DNA from: Macrostomum lignano
Lineage: Eukaryota
NCBI GenBank assembly: GCA_002269645.1
Contig: NIVC01002696.1
Coordinates: forward strand, 1-64,000
Length of the DNA: 64,000 nt
Reading direction: 5' to 3'
In this document: one piece after another, positions 1 through 14,990 of the stretch
How positions within the stretch are numbered: the first letter of the stretch is position 1
Layout of the letters: each line of letters opens with the position of its first letter
Position numbers and translations under genes: made by a program
Notes under the pieces: model-generated
The model's database searches: none
Told to the model about the DNA's origin: nothing
The model's input: only the letters and a program-made list of their open reading frames with translations

Positions 1-118
1 GGGATTGGGAGATATACAAAGGAAACTCAGAGAGTTGCGCTGTGCCCTCTAATCCTGGTGAATGCCCAACTAGGACAATCTAATAAGTTCATGTACCAGT
101 ACTAGACCGCTCAGGCCA

Positions 119-229
119 TACATAAGATGCTACCAGACTAATACATAAGACGCTACCAGACTAATACATAAGATGCTACCAGACTAGTACATAAGATGCT
201 ACCAGACTAATACATAAGACACTACCAGT
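119..229. repeat. 23-bp tandem repeat (TACATAAGATGCTACCAGACTAA), about 5 copies
   Basis: Directly visible tandem units. Confidence 0.85.
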
Positions 230-3200
230 ATATTCAAATGAAATTCTAAGAAACAGTTTAAGGAGTGAAAATAGAAGTGCAATTAGGATAACTTTAGTAG
301 ACAGGAACAACACTTGTAAAACTTGGTGGCATTTGGTGGGATTAAAATTGATAAAGTAGGGGGTAAAAGCCCTGTTACACTTGCTTTAAAAAAAGTATAT
401 AGCCATTGATATCTGATAGTGATAATATCAATTTATAGAGTCAGTCTTGTTAGTTGTTAGTACTTTCTTTGGTTTTTTTAGTTTTTTCTAAACTTGTATA
501 TAGTTTACTAGTACTTGTACACAAAGTATAATCTAATTTCTATTTGAAATATGTAGAATTTGCTATATGATATAGATAGCAAACATTTTGAATTAGTTTA
601 ATAGAAAAAAATATTACAAATTGGAATAGAAATTCAATTTAAACTTGTCATTTTAAAGTAAATAGTAAATACCAAATATAAACAAATATATGTTTTGCTT
701 ATTTTCTACATTCAAGCCACAAATATTTATTTTATTTAGACAAATATGATCTTTTTCTAGGCAATATATACAAGAAAGTTCAATAAAAGATCTATTCCAG
801 GCTAGTCTAGAGAAATTTTGATTTTTGTTCAATCTAGACTAGCCTTCTGCCATCAAGTGGCTTAAATCATCTATGACATTTCTATAAAGGGTCAGACAAG
901 ATCCAATCCTGATCCCAAAAACATAGGATATCAAGGGGTTATTGGGATCCTAATCCCAATGATGATACAAATAAGGATAAGGATTAGGATTACTTTTTGT
1001 CAATTGTTTTCACTTCCTACATAAACTTTACTTATTGATCATTATGCTTTTAGACTTAATCATGCCTATACTATAATAGAGATTGAGAAAATGCTTTGTA
1101 ATATCCTAAACAATGTTTTACTCATAGTATTGTACAATATTGCATGCAAACTTAAGGGACACTTCAACAATTGCAATGATCTTTAATTTTTGTACCTGTG
1201 TTCTATTCTTATATATGTCTATCAAATTTTTAACAGAATTGATTTACAAAGGGTGCTAATCTAGATAATAGATTCTAGCCTCATTTGAAAATCATGAAAG
1301 TGCCTATGATCTATCCTTTATAGATATGGACCTTAGATGAAGGAAATGAATGAGTCATTCAAAATGGTAGCATTTTGTGTCATTTGGCTGAGTTGCTAAA
1401 TTTTTGTAACTTGTTTTTTTATTTGCAGGGATAAATTTAGAGGGGGTAGGGAAGGTGGCCAACCCCCTACCTTAAAATAGCTTGACAAAACATATTCTGC
1501 CCCCTGAAAACCTAAGTTTGTACCCCCCTAAACTTGATTTTTGCTTTTAAATGCCTTTTTTGCATGCTTAAGCCTGATTTTTGCCTTTTATATACATTTT
1601 TATATCTCCTATCCTAAAACAGGTGCCTCATATTCATATTGGCACCCCAAATTTAGACTGCCTCACTCAAAAATGAAACTAGATCTGTAACTGTTTAATT
1701 GCATTCTATTATTAAGTCTATTATTAATTTACAAAAGGTTTGTCACACTAAGTATTTGTTTTGTTTTACTTATTTTTGATATTTATTAATTTTTTATATT
1801 TATAACTACAGCTATGAGAATCTATGGAATGCAATTGTTATATTTCTATAATTGTAGCCATAAGAGCAGCTATCTATTGTACTCATATCCATAGCTGCCC
1901 TGGGCAGTGGGCACTTGTTTTACCATTGTGGCATTGTTGTAGGATTAGTTCAAGCAGTTCTGCTAGGCATTTGCCGAGTAGTTTCCCATTTGTCAAGATG
2001 ATTTATTTTAATAACCCGAGTCAAGTATAAAGCAGTTTTACTTTTGCACTACTATCAATAGTTCAACCTAGGGGAAATAATCAAAGTTGTAGAAAATTTG
2101 AGTCTTAGCGGGTTCCTCCATTTGTAAAAAGCTGTTTAGCCTTGGGAAAAGCATCTGTTTGGGACAATCAGTCTAAGACAATCCATTCAGGACAGTCCAT
2201 CAGGACAACATTTAAGAGACCAAGTCTCAAGTAAAAAGCTAATGTAAAGGGAGTCTTCCCTTGCGTAAGAAATAATAATATAACTCTCTAGCCATAGGAA
2301 ATTAAGGGTAAGTCCAGGGTAGCATAGGGAGGCTAAAAGGAGTCTACCATTTAGTCTAAATGGAGTCTACCAAGAATAGGAACATAGTATAAGTCAATTA
2401 GCTAATATGGGGAAAACTAAGGGAGTCTACCATTAGTCTAATTAAGAATCGGAGTATACCAAATCTATTAACATAAGGAACTAATGTGTAATTTTCTTTC
2501 TTTGCATTTTTAGCTTATAATAATATTGTTTTTCTTTGTTCTAATTACCTTACTTGAATTTGACTCTTGTCTCACTTATTTTAAGTTAACATTAATTATA
2601 AGGGACATTAGTCTAGTGGCAGCAACCTACCAAATTAAAAGTATATGATAACAGAAATAGAAGAAAAACCCAAACCAGTAGCCTAACCGCAAGGTAACAA
2701 GCCATGACTCCACCATATTTGCCATAAGATATCTTGGCACACTAATCTTGCACTAAAGCACACTAATCTTGTGCTTTTTTTATAATATACTAAAGAGAGT
2801 ATAGTATAGTTGCAAATGGTAATAGCTAAGAGGACCAATTATAACTTAGATTTATTTGGCAAATAGGTATATAAATATATTAAAAACATTTTTGAGTTTG
2901 TTTTTTTTATATTTAAATTGTAAATTTGAATCACATGGCCATATCATAGTGCAGAAAGATGGGTATACAATAAAAATTTCTATTGTACACAAGAATCACC
3001 TGTCATACATATTGTACATCACTCTTTTTTGTGGGGGTGCTATATTGTACACTATTGTATAGTTGGTCCACACTTATATGATAGCTATCATACAGACATA
3101 CAGTCATACATGAGTCAATGTTGCAAAGTATTTTTTTATTAACTGTCTACAGTTTGTAAGTCATTTCCACATTTAAAACACATTCACCATGGCACTATTA

Positions 3201-4249
3201 CCAATGAACGAAAATAAAAAGCAAAATTTATGCCTAAGAAAACTTTTATTTTTGTTTTGTTTTTCTAACTAATGTGCATTGTGTGCAGTCAATAAGTAAC
3301 AACATAATTGTTGTTTTACTTTGCACTTTCTAGAAAATTAGAATGAGCAATTTTTGTTCACTTTTATTGTATTTATATTTATTTTTGCATTTATTCTTAT
3401 CATATCCTATCATACACCAATAATACTATTTTTTAATCCTTGTCATACTATTATACAACAAGCCAAAATTTTAATTTACATTATTTACACACCATAGTTT
3501 GGATCATGTTGGGTGCACGCCTGAACAAAAATTGAATTTAATTACAAATGCACGCCAAAAAAATGTATAGTGCATACCCATTCTCAAAAATATGCCAGTG
3601 TTGTGACAATAAATGACCTTTTTTACGTTCTGACAATAATACATTTTTTAAATTGCGTAATAGACCCTTATTAGGCCTACCAGATTATTTGGTTGCTTGG
3701 TTGCTTTTTATGCTTTTTGGCAATATTATTTACAGCAGAAAATTTATTTATACACAAAAAGATTTGTTTAAATGCTCTTTTACAAGCTTACAGTAACTCT
3801 TAAGCATGATTCTATAAAGTACATGCCAGGTGTGCATATATACTATTTTCTTAGGAGTGATGCATGCCAACTGTGCATGCCTAATTTTGGCATGCAAGGC
3901 CAATGAATACTCGAATTTTTGGGCATATACTACATAATCTGGAGTGTGGTTTATATGGACATCCTTCTACACTATGATGGTATTAGGGCTTTAGAGTGTT
4001 TTTATAAAATTTAAAACAATAAAAAATTAAATTGGTAAAGCATAAATGGTCATATATTTGAAAAACAATATTGGAATTTGAATGCCCCCATGGGATGGGG
4101 GTTTAAATTCACTAGGCTTGGTCTTTCCTAATTTAGCAATTTTTATGTAATTAGGCCTAGGTCTTTATAGCTTCAATATAAAAAAGTTAAATAACAATAT
4201 AAATAGGCCTAATAACTAATTTGGCAAACTTGCTTATTATTTTATGCCA

Positions 4250-4450
4250 CACTTAGAGACACGGCGACCATGTCTATAATGCAAAAACTTATAGACACGG
4301 TGGCCGTGTCTCTAATAGTGACTAGGTCCATACTTATAGACACAGCCGCCATGTCTCTAAGTTTCTGCATTATAGACATGGCCGCTATGTCTATAAGTAT
4401 AGACCTAGTCACTATTAGAGACACGGTTGCCATGTCAATAAAACTTGCAT
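4250..4450. repeat. Cluster of short palindromic units (TAGACACGG...CATGTCT), in direct and inverted orientation; probably a decayed MITE/foldback interior
   Basis: Repeated AGACACGG/GCCATGTC motifs on both strands; one more copy near 5000-5025. Confidence 0.5.
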
Positions 4451-7400
4451 GGCAGCCGTGTCATTAATATTGAATGGGTTCACACTTAGAGGCATGGTGG
4501 GTGGCTGTCTCTAATATTGGAGCTTGGGCCTAATATAGGCCCCCCCCCTAGGCATGGCTGCTATGTATATAATCATCAATTGGATGAAAAATATAGATCG
4601 ATTAAAGTCATTCAGGTTTTTTTTAATTTAAACTTTTTTAAATAAATTAAATTAAATTTTTAAGAGTAACATGAAATCTTGAAGTTTAGCCGCAATTATA
4701 TATGAAAAAGAAATTTTTTTCAATACATATTGTCCACACTTTAAAATTAAGTTTATTAAAAAATATTTTAAATTTTTTTAATTAAAAGCCTGAAAAAATT
4801 CAAGGCGGAAAAATTACTGAAATTTCTGTTTGCTAAAAAATTTCAAAAAAAATCTCCGACCACTTGGGATACGAACCCTTGTTGCACGCAATCACAAGGA
4901 AATCAATATATATACTAAGCCACCAATTGCTTGTGAGATAGCCCTATAGAACACACATTTTATATCAATGATTATTGCCATGCTTATAAGCTCAAATATT
5001 ATAGACACGGCTGCCATGCCTATAAGTACTCTGATTATTTTATAGCATTAGTTATTACATTGACTAGATATAGTTAGCTGCAGGGCAGTCCAAAGATGCA
5101 GTGGGGAGGCAAGCGTCGCCCATTCCGCTAAACTAGATATAGTAGTTGAGCATAAGGCCTACTAAATATGCAAACTTAAAAAAAATGGAAGCTATAAAAA
5201 TATTCAATTTTCAATAGCAAGTTTTCAATTAACTATTCATTGTTTCTAAGTTGCAATAAAAATTTTCTTTAAGTGTGCACATTAGCATCGAGTGTTGGCT
5301 GTTGGCATAGTCACTGGAGATACAATCACAATCAGACAGTCATAGGCCCCCGAGCCAGAGCAATATATAATGACATGAAATTTGAAATATTAATTGTTAA
5401 TGTTGGTTAGCATCATCATGGAGTATTAAAAACCTAAAAGCTACCGTACGGTGATTGAGGTAGGATAGTCATTAATTTGCTTTAAGCCTAGCATACATTG
5501 ACTCCATCATGCTCGATTGTAAATGTTAAAATATTATATCAGCAAATTATTAATTAAGCGTTTACCGCATTGTTAAAAAGCATTTTTATTTTGTTGCAAA
5601 GTTAGGCCTACTATTGAGAACTTTTCACTTTGCTTTTAACATCATACAGAGCCTGCCTGCATTGCCAAAATGCTGTTTTTTAGTGCGCTAGGACAGGCGG
5701 GCGGTGGTGGACGATGCGCTACAAAAAATGATCGCGTCGCCGCCGCTGCCGCTCTAGTTCTAAATACCGAAAAAACAAAACGTGAAAGAAACTTAACAAA
5801 GCTTTTTTAGGAAGAAAAGCTAGTCGTTTCTAAATTTACCTTTTGCCATTTTTAGCAACGATCTGTGATCAGAATGAAGTAGGAGAGAAGAATTTTACAT
5901 GCAAAGTTGGATGAACAAAAAAATCTGGAAAAATTATGCGTAGCCTCTCGTGTGGTGAAGAATCCAAAAAAGTTTGAACCCTGGCCAATTGTGACGAAGC
6001 GAATAAGACGGTTTTGTGTAGCGGTTAATTTAGATAGTTCACGATTAGTTACCAGATCGGCAAGCCGCTTCTACCCTTAGACTTTTACTAGTGCTACTTA
6101 AAATTGCTGGATCAGTTGATTAACTAATTATTGGTGGCCCAGGTAGGCGGCGGAAGAGTTGGTGTAAGGAGGCCAGACAGCGTCACAGCTAAGGGTTAGC
6201 GAGCCTAGGTCGAGAAGCGAAGCAAGGGGAAGGGCGAGAGCGGCTGCTGACTGTAGTGTAAGCATATATTTAAAGGTAAACAGATAACAACAACACCCTT
6301 AATCCAAACCCCAGACAAACAACCCCCCACGCGGCGCGCAATGTACATGTACAAATTAATCGATAAAATATATCATGCAAGAATAACATACGTCAGTACG
6401 AGTACATGTCCATAGGTAGAACTACTTTACGAGAAATAATAACGATTGAATGAAATACAAATAATAGAATAAATACATACGAGGCTACAAAAACAAAGCA
6501 ATTAACAGTAAAAAATAATAAATAACTTGAATATTGTTAAAATAAATGAAAGAATACAGTAGTAGTACGGTATATGCATATGAAAATAAAGAAATACGAT
6601 ACACGCTTCTACGAATCACACGTAGAATCAAATTCTACGAAACAAACAGAAGACAAGCGGACAGGTCAATATAATTTTAGCAATTTACCACTCAGTGTGT
6701 CTTCAATTATCAAGTTTCACTTACCCTGTTATCGAGAGGAGCTTCATGGACTTGCAAAGGCCTAAACGACAACGAGTATGTATGGACGATTATAAATATC
6801 TGTAGTTCGAAAAAGCATGTAAAAATTTCAAGTCACAGGTGCTTGGACACCAAATCGATTGCGGCTTTCGATGTTATTTTTGCAATTTACCACCTGACAT
6901 CTATCTAATCGAGTTTGCCCGCTGCTGCTCGTGTGGAGCTTCAGTTCGAACGTTCAGTTCGACGCGTTCGAACTTGGATGGGACGACGATTTCAAAACGC
7001 ATGATTTTGATTTCTACCTAGAATTCTCGAGTCTCGAGTCCTCGGACACCAAATTGATTGCGGTTATTTTTTGCTATTATTGTTATTTTTAATATAGTAG
7101 CAAGATCGAGAAATTGTTATTATTTGCAGCTGCACTACCAGAAGTTTATCTGCTACTGCTATATATACGATCAGCAACATTGAAAAGTCGCCACTCTATG
7201 CGCCAGTGAGCAATATTTCTTTTGGATTATTTCTAAATTAAAAGATATGAGAAAACTGATCAGGGTAGCTTTAATCCGTCCAACCCTCGCACACCGCTTC
7301 CCCACTTCATTCCTCAACTCAAGTCTGCCGCGGCGTACAGCTGAGTTGCGTCACTCACAAAGATTTACCGGCCTGCACTCTCAAAAGTGGCGACCACAGA

Positions 7401-9171
7401 CGGAATCTTCTGTGATGGCGACTTTTCGATGTTGCTCAGTATACATGTACATGCATGCATAATTTAGGCAGAAGGCGTGCAGTGACATATACTTATGACA
7501 CCTGAAGTACTGGATGTACATACGGTATATAGCTGTAGTGGGCTAGACGCATTTTGCATGTACGTACATGTACATATATATGTACGTGCAGGTTAGCCAG
7601 ATTCAAATTTTCATAAACTCTCATATACTTCTCAAATTCGTAAAGACTTCAACACTTTCCAATGGCTGGAATCTAAATTTTTAGTGGAGTTCACGTCCAG
7701 ATACAAGCACATGTAGCGTCCATATCAAACGTACTTTACATATATTGTACAAGCTGAAACCCGCAAATTTTTAACCCGCTAAATTCCAATCCCTCAAACT
7801 ATTTTTTTGCAAAAATTCTTCAATTTGAAGTCATACTCATAGAATAGCTTGTTCTTAGATAGGATATAGGTTGGAAAATGGAGTAAATTCGTGTTATAAG
7901 GTTTAAGGCAAGCATTGATCGATCTCGTTAGTTAGGGTGCCGCACAGAATGAGGCTGAGTCTGTCTAAATGTCTGTCTAAAGAATGTGTTGGCAGGTCTC
8001 TACCTCTCTATCTGCCTCTCGGGTTCTTTAGAACTCCTTCCTCTCCATTGTTCTCTCGTCTTACCTCTCCTCTCTACTCTCTACTCTCTCCTCTCTCATT
8101 TCTTTTCTCTTCTATCTACATGTACTCTCACACCTCTGCTCTCTTCTACATTTATATCCTCTCTCCTCTCTTCCTTCAGGGGAGAGAATAGACGAGAGAG
8201 AAGCTTGGAGAGAGGAGAGATGTGAGAGCAGAGAGGAAAGAGTAGAGAGTAAAAAGGAGAGAGAAGAGGAAAAGTGAGAAAGCAATGGAGAGAGGAGAGA
8301 GATCAATGGAGCTGTGCCATGAATTTGTATGACTTTATGCATAGGACATGTACGTAGGATATAAAATTAATCATACAAATCCTAATTTTTTTAACGAAAA
8401 GCTCAATGATGAATACAAATAGATCGCTATACAAAAGGCACAACATAGCAAAAGAAAAGCAGTGGGTCGGCCTCCTATCAAAAGCAATAGCCATTTTTGT
8501 GCCGAAGTACACAAAATATAATGACCTCAAATTTTCCAAGAAACGTAGTTTCCCGCCCTAATACTAGTCCTTGATTACATGTACATGTATAAGATTACAT
8601 CACGAATCACGAACCCGCGACCGAGCAAGTATAACATGCAGCCATCTTTTGCTAAGGGTACATGTATGTGATCCTTCAAAAGAGACTTATCAATGACTCG
8701 ATTTTTTCTTGGAAATGAGCAAGAGACAACGGTAAGAACGTACATGTGTACTGCAAGATTTCCAATATAATCATGCGATAGGATCGTAGGAGCTAATGCG
8801 TACGGACGCAGATCAAGCCGATCGAACGATCAAATTCAATTTCATTTCTTTGTCCATGCACCAAGTGTTCTATCCTTCCTCTTGTTTAAATCTTTAATTG
8901 ATCTTGTTTAATATATAAAGTAAAATTCTTAACGAGTTAATGTATATATCAACAGAAATCTTTGCTAATTCAGGTAAGCTTTTGCAGCCTCAACTCAGAT
9001 AAAGCTGGTTACTGCTAAAAAGAGGTCAAAAGGTCGAACTTACAATTACATGATCTTTGGACGACGCGTTTAGCAATAAAATTATAGACAGACCCTTGCG
9101 ATATGATTTAACTGTCTATATACTGGCAGTAGAATGTAAAACATTTTAACTAACAATCGCGATTGAAACTA

Positions 9172-11214
9172 TCAGATAACTACTTTGCCCTTAGGCACAT
9201 GGAATAGATAGTGTATGAAGAGAGTTGTGCCTCCAGAGGACATCAGCATTAAACAGATGAACGTGATCGATTTCCATTGCACATAGGAGTTGCTATCTCA
9301 AAGGATTACGTAATCGCGACGAAGATTCGGCTTGTAACGAATGCTGTTTAGCGCTTTGCCTATGTTTAGCTCGATGCCGCTGATGAAATGCTAAAATTAT
9401 TATTGACATTTTATGCAGATTCGAATCTTAACTAAAAGGGCGAGATTCTGTTTAAAAAACTCTCAAGTTAACTTCCAGCGTCTAAACATCGTAAGTTAGG
9501 AAATCTGTAGCTATATTCTATGGTCTCTGTGGATCAGACATCCGTAGCTATAGTCTATGGTCTCTGTGGATCAGACATCCGTAGCTATAGTCTATGGTCT
9601 CTGTGGATCAGACATCTGTAGCTATAGTCTATGGTCTCTGTGGATCAGACATCTGTAGCTATAGTCTATGGTCTCTGTAGATCAGACATCTGTAGCTATA
9701 GTCTATGGTCTCTGTAGATCAGACATCAACACTCCTAAGATGGTTGGTTGCACTCACAGCAGTCGTATCTGATATGTTAGTGACGATGGCACTCTTGGCG
9801 ATGGCCTCTCGAACCTCAGCTTCGTAACGAGCCGGCTGATAGTAGATTGCCGAGAATAAAATGCTTCTGGTACCCTTCGGATTGACTAAACAAACCTCGT
9901 ACGTGTCTGTTTAAATTGACAACAAAGCGCAACAATGACTTTCTTAAAGCAAAGCTCATAAAAAATGGTTTGCTTATTGAAATGGCTCTTACCCGTTCTA
10001 GTGATATTCTGCACCATGGTGACACTGGATGTGTCGGAATGCATGCGATGCGACTGCGGGTCGCTGTTAGCAGGAACATGTGAAACTTGTTATCGTCTGT
10101 TGCGATGGACTGTATGAATGGGTAATGTTTGGTTGGTAACCAATAGGAGCATGCTTATGAGCTCTTGCTATGGGTGTTATGAGTCTATGGAACCCACGAG
10201 CTCCTGGCTAACTCTTTCAAAGCTCTCATAACTTACTGAAGTTTTAAACAAATCTGCTGAAATCCAAATTAGTATTTCATCTGCGAATACCCCGCCTCTA
10301 CTACTCAGGACAGGCTCACCTACCGCGCCCAAACCATGACCTTTCGAACGTTTTCGGGCCCAAGTATTTCTACTAGCTCGTCCGCTACCTGAGGGCAACC
10401 GGCGAGCGACCATCCACGCACCTCCTGGACTTTCCGAAAGGGGCATTGCATTGCGGACACGGGCACCACCGGATCACCCTGTTAGACAATTCAGCACTGG
10501 CTGTCCATGGTTGCCACGGGTTAGCGAAATGGGCGTCAACGCCTCCCCGCTGTATCCGGATGCCCCGGAGCCCCCTGCAGCTGAGTCAAGACTTCATTAC
10601 GTCACATTTAGCATCCTTGGATCGAAAACACTGTGGCATTACTTGATAAAAAATGAACTTTTTAAATTCAAAGTTGTCAACGGTCAACGACGTCGATAGA
10701 TGTCGCAGGAGTTTTACCATACGCCGATGGATAACGATGCTCATACGTTTACATCTAAGTACCAATTCGACAGAGTCGCAAAACAAAACGTCGGATTTCT
10801 GTGCGGGTATATAGCTTTCAAAGCCCCCGGGGATCAAGCTTAAGAACTCCCAAATAACCTCACGGTCTCTTGATTCAAGGTTTGGAAAACAGCTAATCAA
10901 AATGAAGGTCTCACCGCAGCGAATAGAGTCAGTTGGTAGCCCTCGGTCAGGACAATGTAATAGCACTGATGCTCTCCAGACAGCATTTCCATCTTCAGCG
11001 ACATGTGCCGCATGCCGTAGACAGTTTCAAACATGTGCAGGGGACCATAGTAGTAGGTCTCCGATCTGCTGGAGTTCACCAGAACTATAGGATTAAACTG
11101 ATCCTTTGGATTAGGCTCCATCACTACTTGATTGATAGCATTGCCGGGTTGAATCAGAGCTGATGCAGTTATTAGCCACAGACTCAGAACACTGCCTTTT
11201 TTGCTTATTAACAT
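9172..11214 (-). pseudogene. TMED/p24 (emp24/gp25L, GOLD-domain) family gene. Exons about 11214-10915, 10109-9993, 9906-9758, 9390-9172. Has one frame discrepancy and an in-frame TGA at 9300-9298
   Basis: Signal peptide; GEHQCYYIVL; TYEVCLVN; coiled-coil RRD..DSNSYVQWKS; C-terminal TM and short tail GKVVI*; GT-AG boundaries. The lesions may be real or assembly errors. Confidence 0.6.
9505..9727. repeat. 37-bp intronic minisatellite, about 6 copies
   Basis: Tandem CTGTAGCTATAGTCTATGGTCTCTGTGGATCAGACAT. Confidence 0.9.
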
Positions 11215-12063
11215 TATACTTCAATAGTGTTGGCTTTCTGCTTTGAAACGTCTTGGCTGCTAGTTAAGGTAACAATCAAGCAAGCATTATTTTCCAATTT
11301 GCCGATATTATAACTGCATGCGAGCTGGCCCGTATCAGTTGCAGATAATCGCTCACAATTCCTGATTTCAGCTGTCAAACTGCATGGACCGTTTCTCTAT
11401 TGCCTTGAACAGCAACAGCTGGCAAAATTTCCAGGCAATTAGCTACAGCAATCCGAGCGGTCAATAAAATCAGTATTTAAGAAGGTCTCAAAAATATGTA
11501 TAGAAAAGTGCAAAATCTTTGTGAAACGTTGCTTTATTTGAATATTTTTTCGTCTCGCAGAACAGTCACGGTAGTAGAAGGTCTCACAAAAAATTATGCA
11601 ATTCGTCACGATCCGGAAATGTTACATGTCGAGCTTTTTTATACAAGCAAGGGTGATTCCTTGGGATTTTGTTGGGGAAAAGGTCCAACTGTTTGATTGA
11701 TTTCACTGTCAGAGAGTCATGTCGTGATGCGTACAATGGCCTCATGACCGTTTTTAACGACCCCAGTTTTTTGTCTCTGGGTACTTCCCTTGACAATCTG
11801 GATACGGCTCAGCTACAGTAGCTATAAAGAGAATCTGAGTCAAAATCATCATTAATGCACATTTCAGTCACAGAAGTGCCTGACTTTTTGTTGCCAATGG
11901 CACCTACTCTTAAGTCTAAATAAATTGGCTTAAATCTATTCAGTATCATTGAATACAGTCCCTAACCCAACAATACTATAACATATTAAAGTTCACGGGA
12001 GAATTGCTGAGATTTCAAGACTCATTGGGGGAATTGCTGAGATGACAAGGCTCAGGTGGAGTA

Positions 12064-12407
12064 GGGGCCATGGCCCAGTGGTCTGGCACGGCGCTCTGAT
12101 GTGCCAGCGGCCCAGGCTCGATTCCAAGTGCAGTCAAATGAACTTGGGGCTAAATTGGAATCTCGGTTTGGCTCTGCTCGTGCAATTAACGGTCTTGAGG
12201 GCCAACCCCCAAGGCACAGTAAAGTGTACATGCCCTAACGATAAATAAAGTCAGGGCCGCTCGCTGTACACTCCTGTGTGAGTGTGTGAGTGTGCGTATG
12301 ACTGCGTACGTATCCGCGCGCTTGTGTGCCTGCTCAGGGGATTCGGCGGAATGGGCAGTAATGCCTCTCGCTGGTTGTGTGCCAATGTCGCTTAATGTGC
12401 GCCAGGG
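12064..12407 (+). mobile_element. tRNA-derived SINE, copy 1 (3' tail missing)
   Basis: A-box-like TGGCCCAGTGG and B-box-like GGCTCGATTCC; body homologous to the inverted copy at 19977-20359. Confidence 0.7.
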
Positions 12408-13134
12408 AATTGCTAAGATGTCAAAGCTCGGGGGGAATTGCTGAAATTCTGTGGCTCTTTCGGGGGATTTATGATATTCTGATGTCTGATTTCTGATATT
12501 TCTGATATATAGCCAGATAGCCTAGCTGGCTTTTAGGGCTGATGCTTCTTGCTTTAAAAATTAAAATTTTGTAGTACTTAAGATACTTAACAATAGCGAC
12601 TACTGACTATATAGCAATACTAACTATAGCTCTGAAGAGTATTGCCTGTCGGTACGAAGCCTCATCTATTATGCGAGTCCAAGTCCATCCACACAGCTTT
12701 TTGAGTTGTTGGTTACACTCTCGTCCTCCCCCAACTCAGCATTTCCTAGAATTGGTTCCGCTCCCTTTCCCCTCGATCTCTCGCACGCTATCTTCGAACC
12801 GAACTGAACTCTCCGCCGTATTCCACACTCGCCTTTCTGATGCAGATGTTGAGAGACAGATGCCCATAGCTGGTGCGTGGAAAAGTTAATTTAACAGTTC
12901 TGTGCAGTGGCGTGAATCCTATATATGCAAGTCAGTTACATATATGAGTAGCAAGTGAGTGTTGAGTTAAGACTTGATTAATTCAGCTGTTCTACGCAAA
13001 CATTGCTGTTGGCGATTGCTGCCGAGTAGCAAAAAATGTTACTTAGAGTTGATCAGCTTGTGTTGGCAAATATTTCTGCTATGGGTTTTGTATCATTATG
13101 TACGAGCGTAACTTCAGCTCCTGTTATTGACATA

Positions 13135-14990
13135 CTATGACTGAGACAGTGTCCTGTCTTAACTATGGACTGAGACAGTGTCCTGTCTTAACTATGACCA
13201 TGACTGAGACAGTGTCCATCCTGTCTTAACTATGACCATGACTGAGACAGTGTCCATCCTGTCTTAACTATGACCATGACTGAGACAGTGTCCATCCTGT
13301 CTTAACTATGACTGTGACTGAGACAGTGTCCTGTCTTAACTATGACTGTGACTGAGAAAGTGTCCTGTCTTAACTATGACCATGACTGAGACAGTGTCCA
13401 TCCTGTCTTAACTATGACCATGACTGAGACAGTGTCCATCCTGTCTTAACTATGACCATGACTGAGACAGTGTCCATCCTGTCTTAACTATGACTGTGAC
13501 TGAGACAGTGTCCTGTCTTAACTATGACTGTGACTGAGAAAGTGTCCTGTCTTAACTATGACCATGACTGAGACAGTGTCCATCCTGTCTTAACTATGAC
13601 CATGACTGAGACAGTGTCCATCCTGTCTTAACTATGACCATGACTGAGACAGTGTCCATCCTGTCTTAACTATGACGTGACTGAGAAAGTGTCCTGTCTT
13701 AACTATGACTGTGACTGAGAACAGTGTCCTGTCTTAACTATGACCATGACTGAGACAGTGTCCATCCTGTCTTAACTATGACCTGTGACTGAGACAGTGT
13801 CCATCCTGTCTTAACTATGACCGTGACTGAGACAGTGTCCATCCTGTCTTAACTATGACTGTGACTGAACAGTGTCCATCCTGTCTTAACTATGACCATG
13901 ACTGAAACAGTGTCCATCCTGTCTTAACTATGACCATGACTGAGACAGTGTCCATCCTGTCTTAACTATGACCATGACTGAGACAGTGTCCATCCTGTCT
14001 TAACTATGACCATGACTGAGACAGTGTCCATCCTGTCTTAACTATGACCATGACTGAAACAGTGTCCTGTCTTAACTATGACTGTGACTGAGAAAGTGTC
14101 CTGTCTTAACTATGACTGTGACTGAGAAAGTGTCCTGTCTTAACTATGACCATGACTGAGACAGTGTCCATCCTGTCTTAACTATGACCATGACTGAGAC
14201 AGTGTCCTGTCTTAACTATGACCATGACTGAGACAGTGTCCATCCTGTCTTAACTATGACCATGACTGAAACAGTGTCCATCCTGTCTTAACTATGACCA
14301 TGACTGAGACAGTGTCCTGTCTTAACTATGACCATGACTGAGACAGTGTCCTGTCTTAACTATGACTGTGACTGAGAAAGTGTCCTGTCTTAACTATGAC
14401 TGTGACTGAGACAGTGTCCTGTCTTAACTATGACTGTGACTGAGACAGTGTCCTGTCTTAACTATGACCATGACTGAGACAGTGTCTATCCTGTCTTAAC
14501 TATGACTGTGACTGAGACAGTGTCCTGTCTTAACTATGACCATGACTGAGACAGTGTCCATCCTGTCTTAACTATGACCATGACTGAGACAGTGTCCATC
14601 CTGTCTTAACTATGACCATGACTGAGACAGTGTCCATCCTGTCTTAACTATGACCATGACTGAGACAGTGTCCTGTCTTAACTATGACCATGACTGAGAC
14701 AGTGTCCATCCTGTCTTAACTATGACCATGACTGAGACAGTGTCCTGTCTTATCTATGACCATGACTGAGACAGTGTCCTGTCTTAACTATGACCATAAC
14801 TGAGACAGTGTCCATCCTGTCTTAACTATGACCGTGACTGAGACAGTGTCCATCCTGTTTTAACTATGACTGTGACTGAGAAAGTGTCCTGTCTTAACTA
14901 TGACTGTGACTGAGACAGTGTCCTGTCTTAACTATGACTGTGACTGAGACAGTGTCCTGTCCTAGCCATGACCGTGTCTTAACTATGACA
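13135..14990. repeat. Minisatellite with mixed 34-bp and 38-bp units (TGAGACAGTGTC[CATC]CTGTCTTAACTATGACCATGAC), about 50 copies
   Basis: Directly visible tandem array. Confidence 0.95.

Noticed and set aside
5600-8600. Short ORFs and candidate exons (also at 15000-16200 and 28660-28745)
   Set aside because: Some splice-like signals but no recognisable protein motif or coherent gene model
9298-9300. TGA as selenocysteine
   Set aside because: The position is not Cys-like in p24 proteins and no SECIS is recognisable
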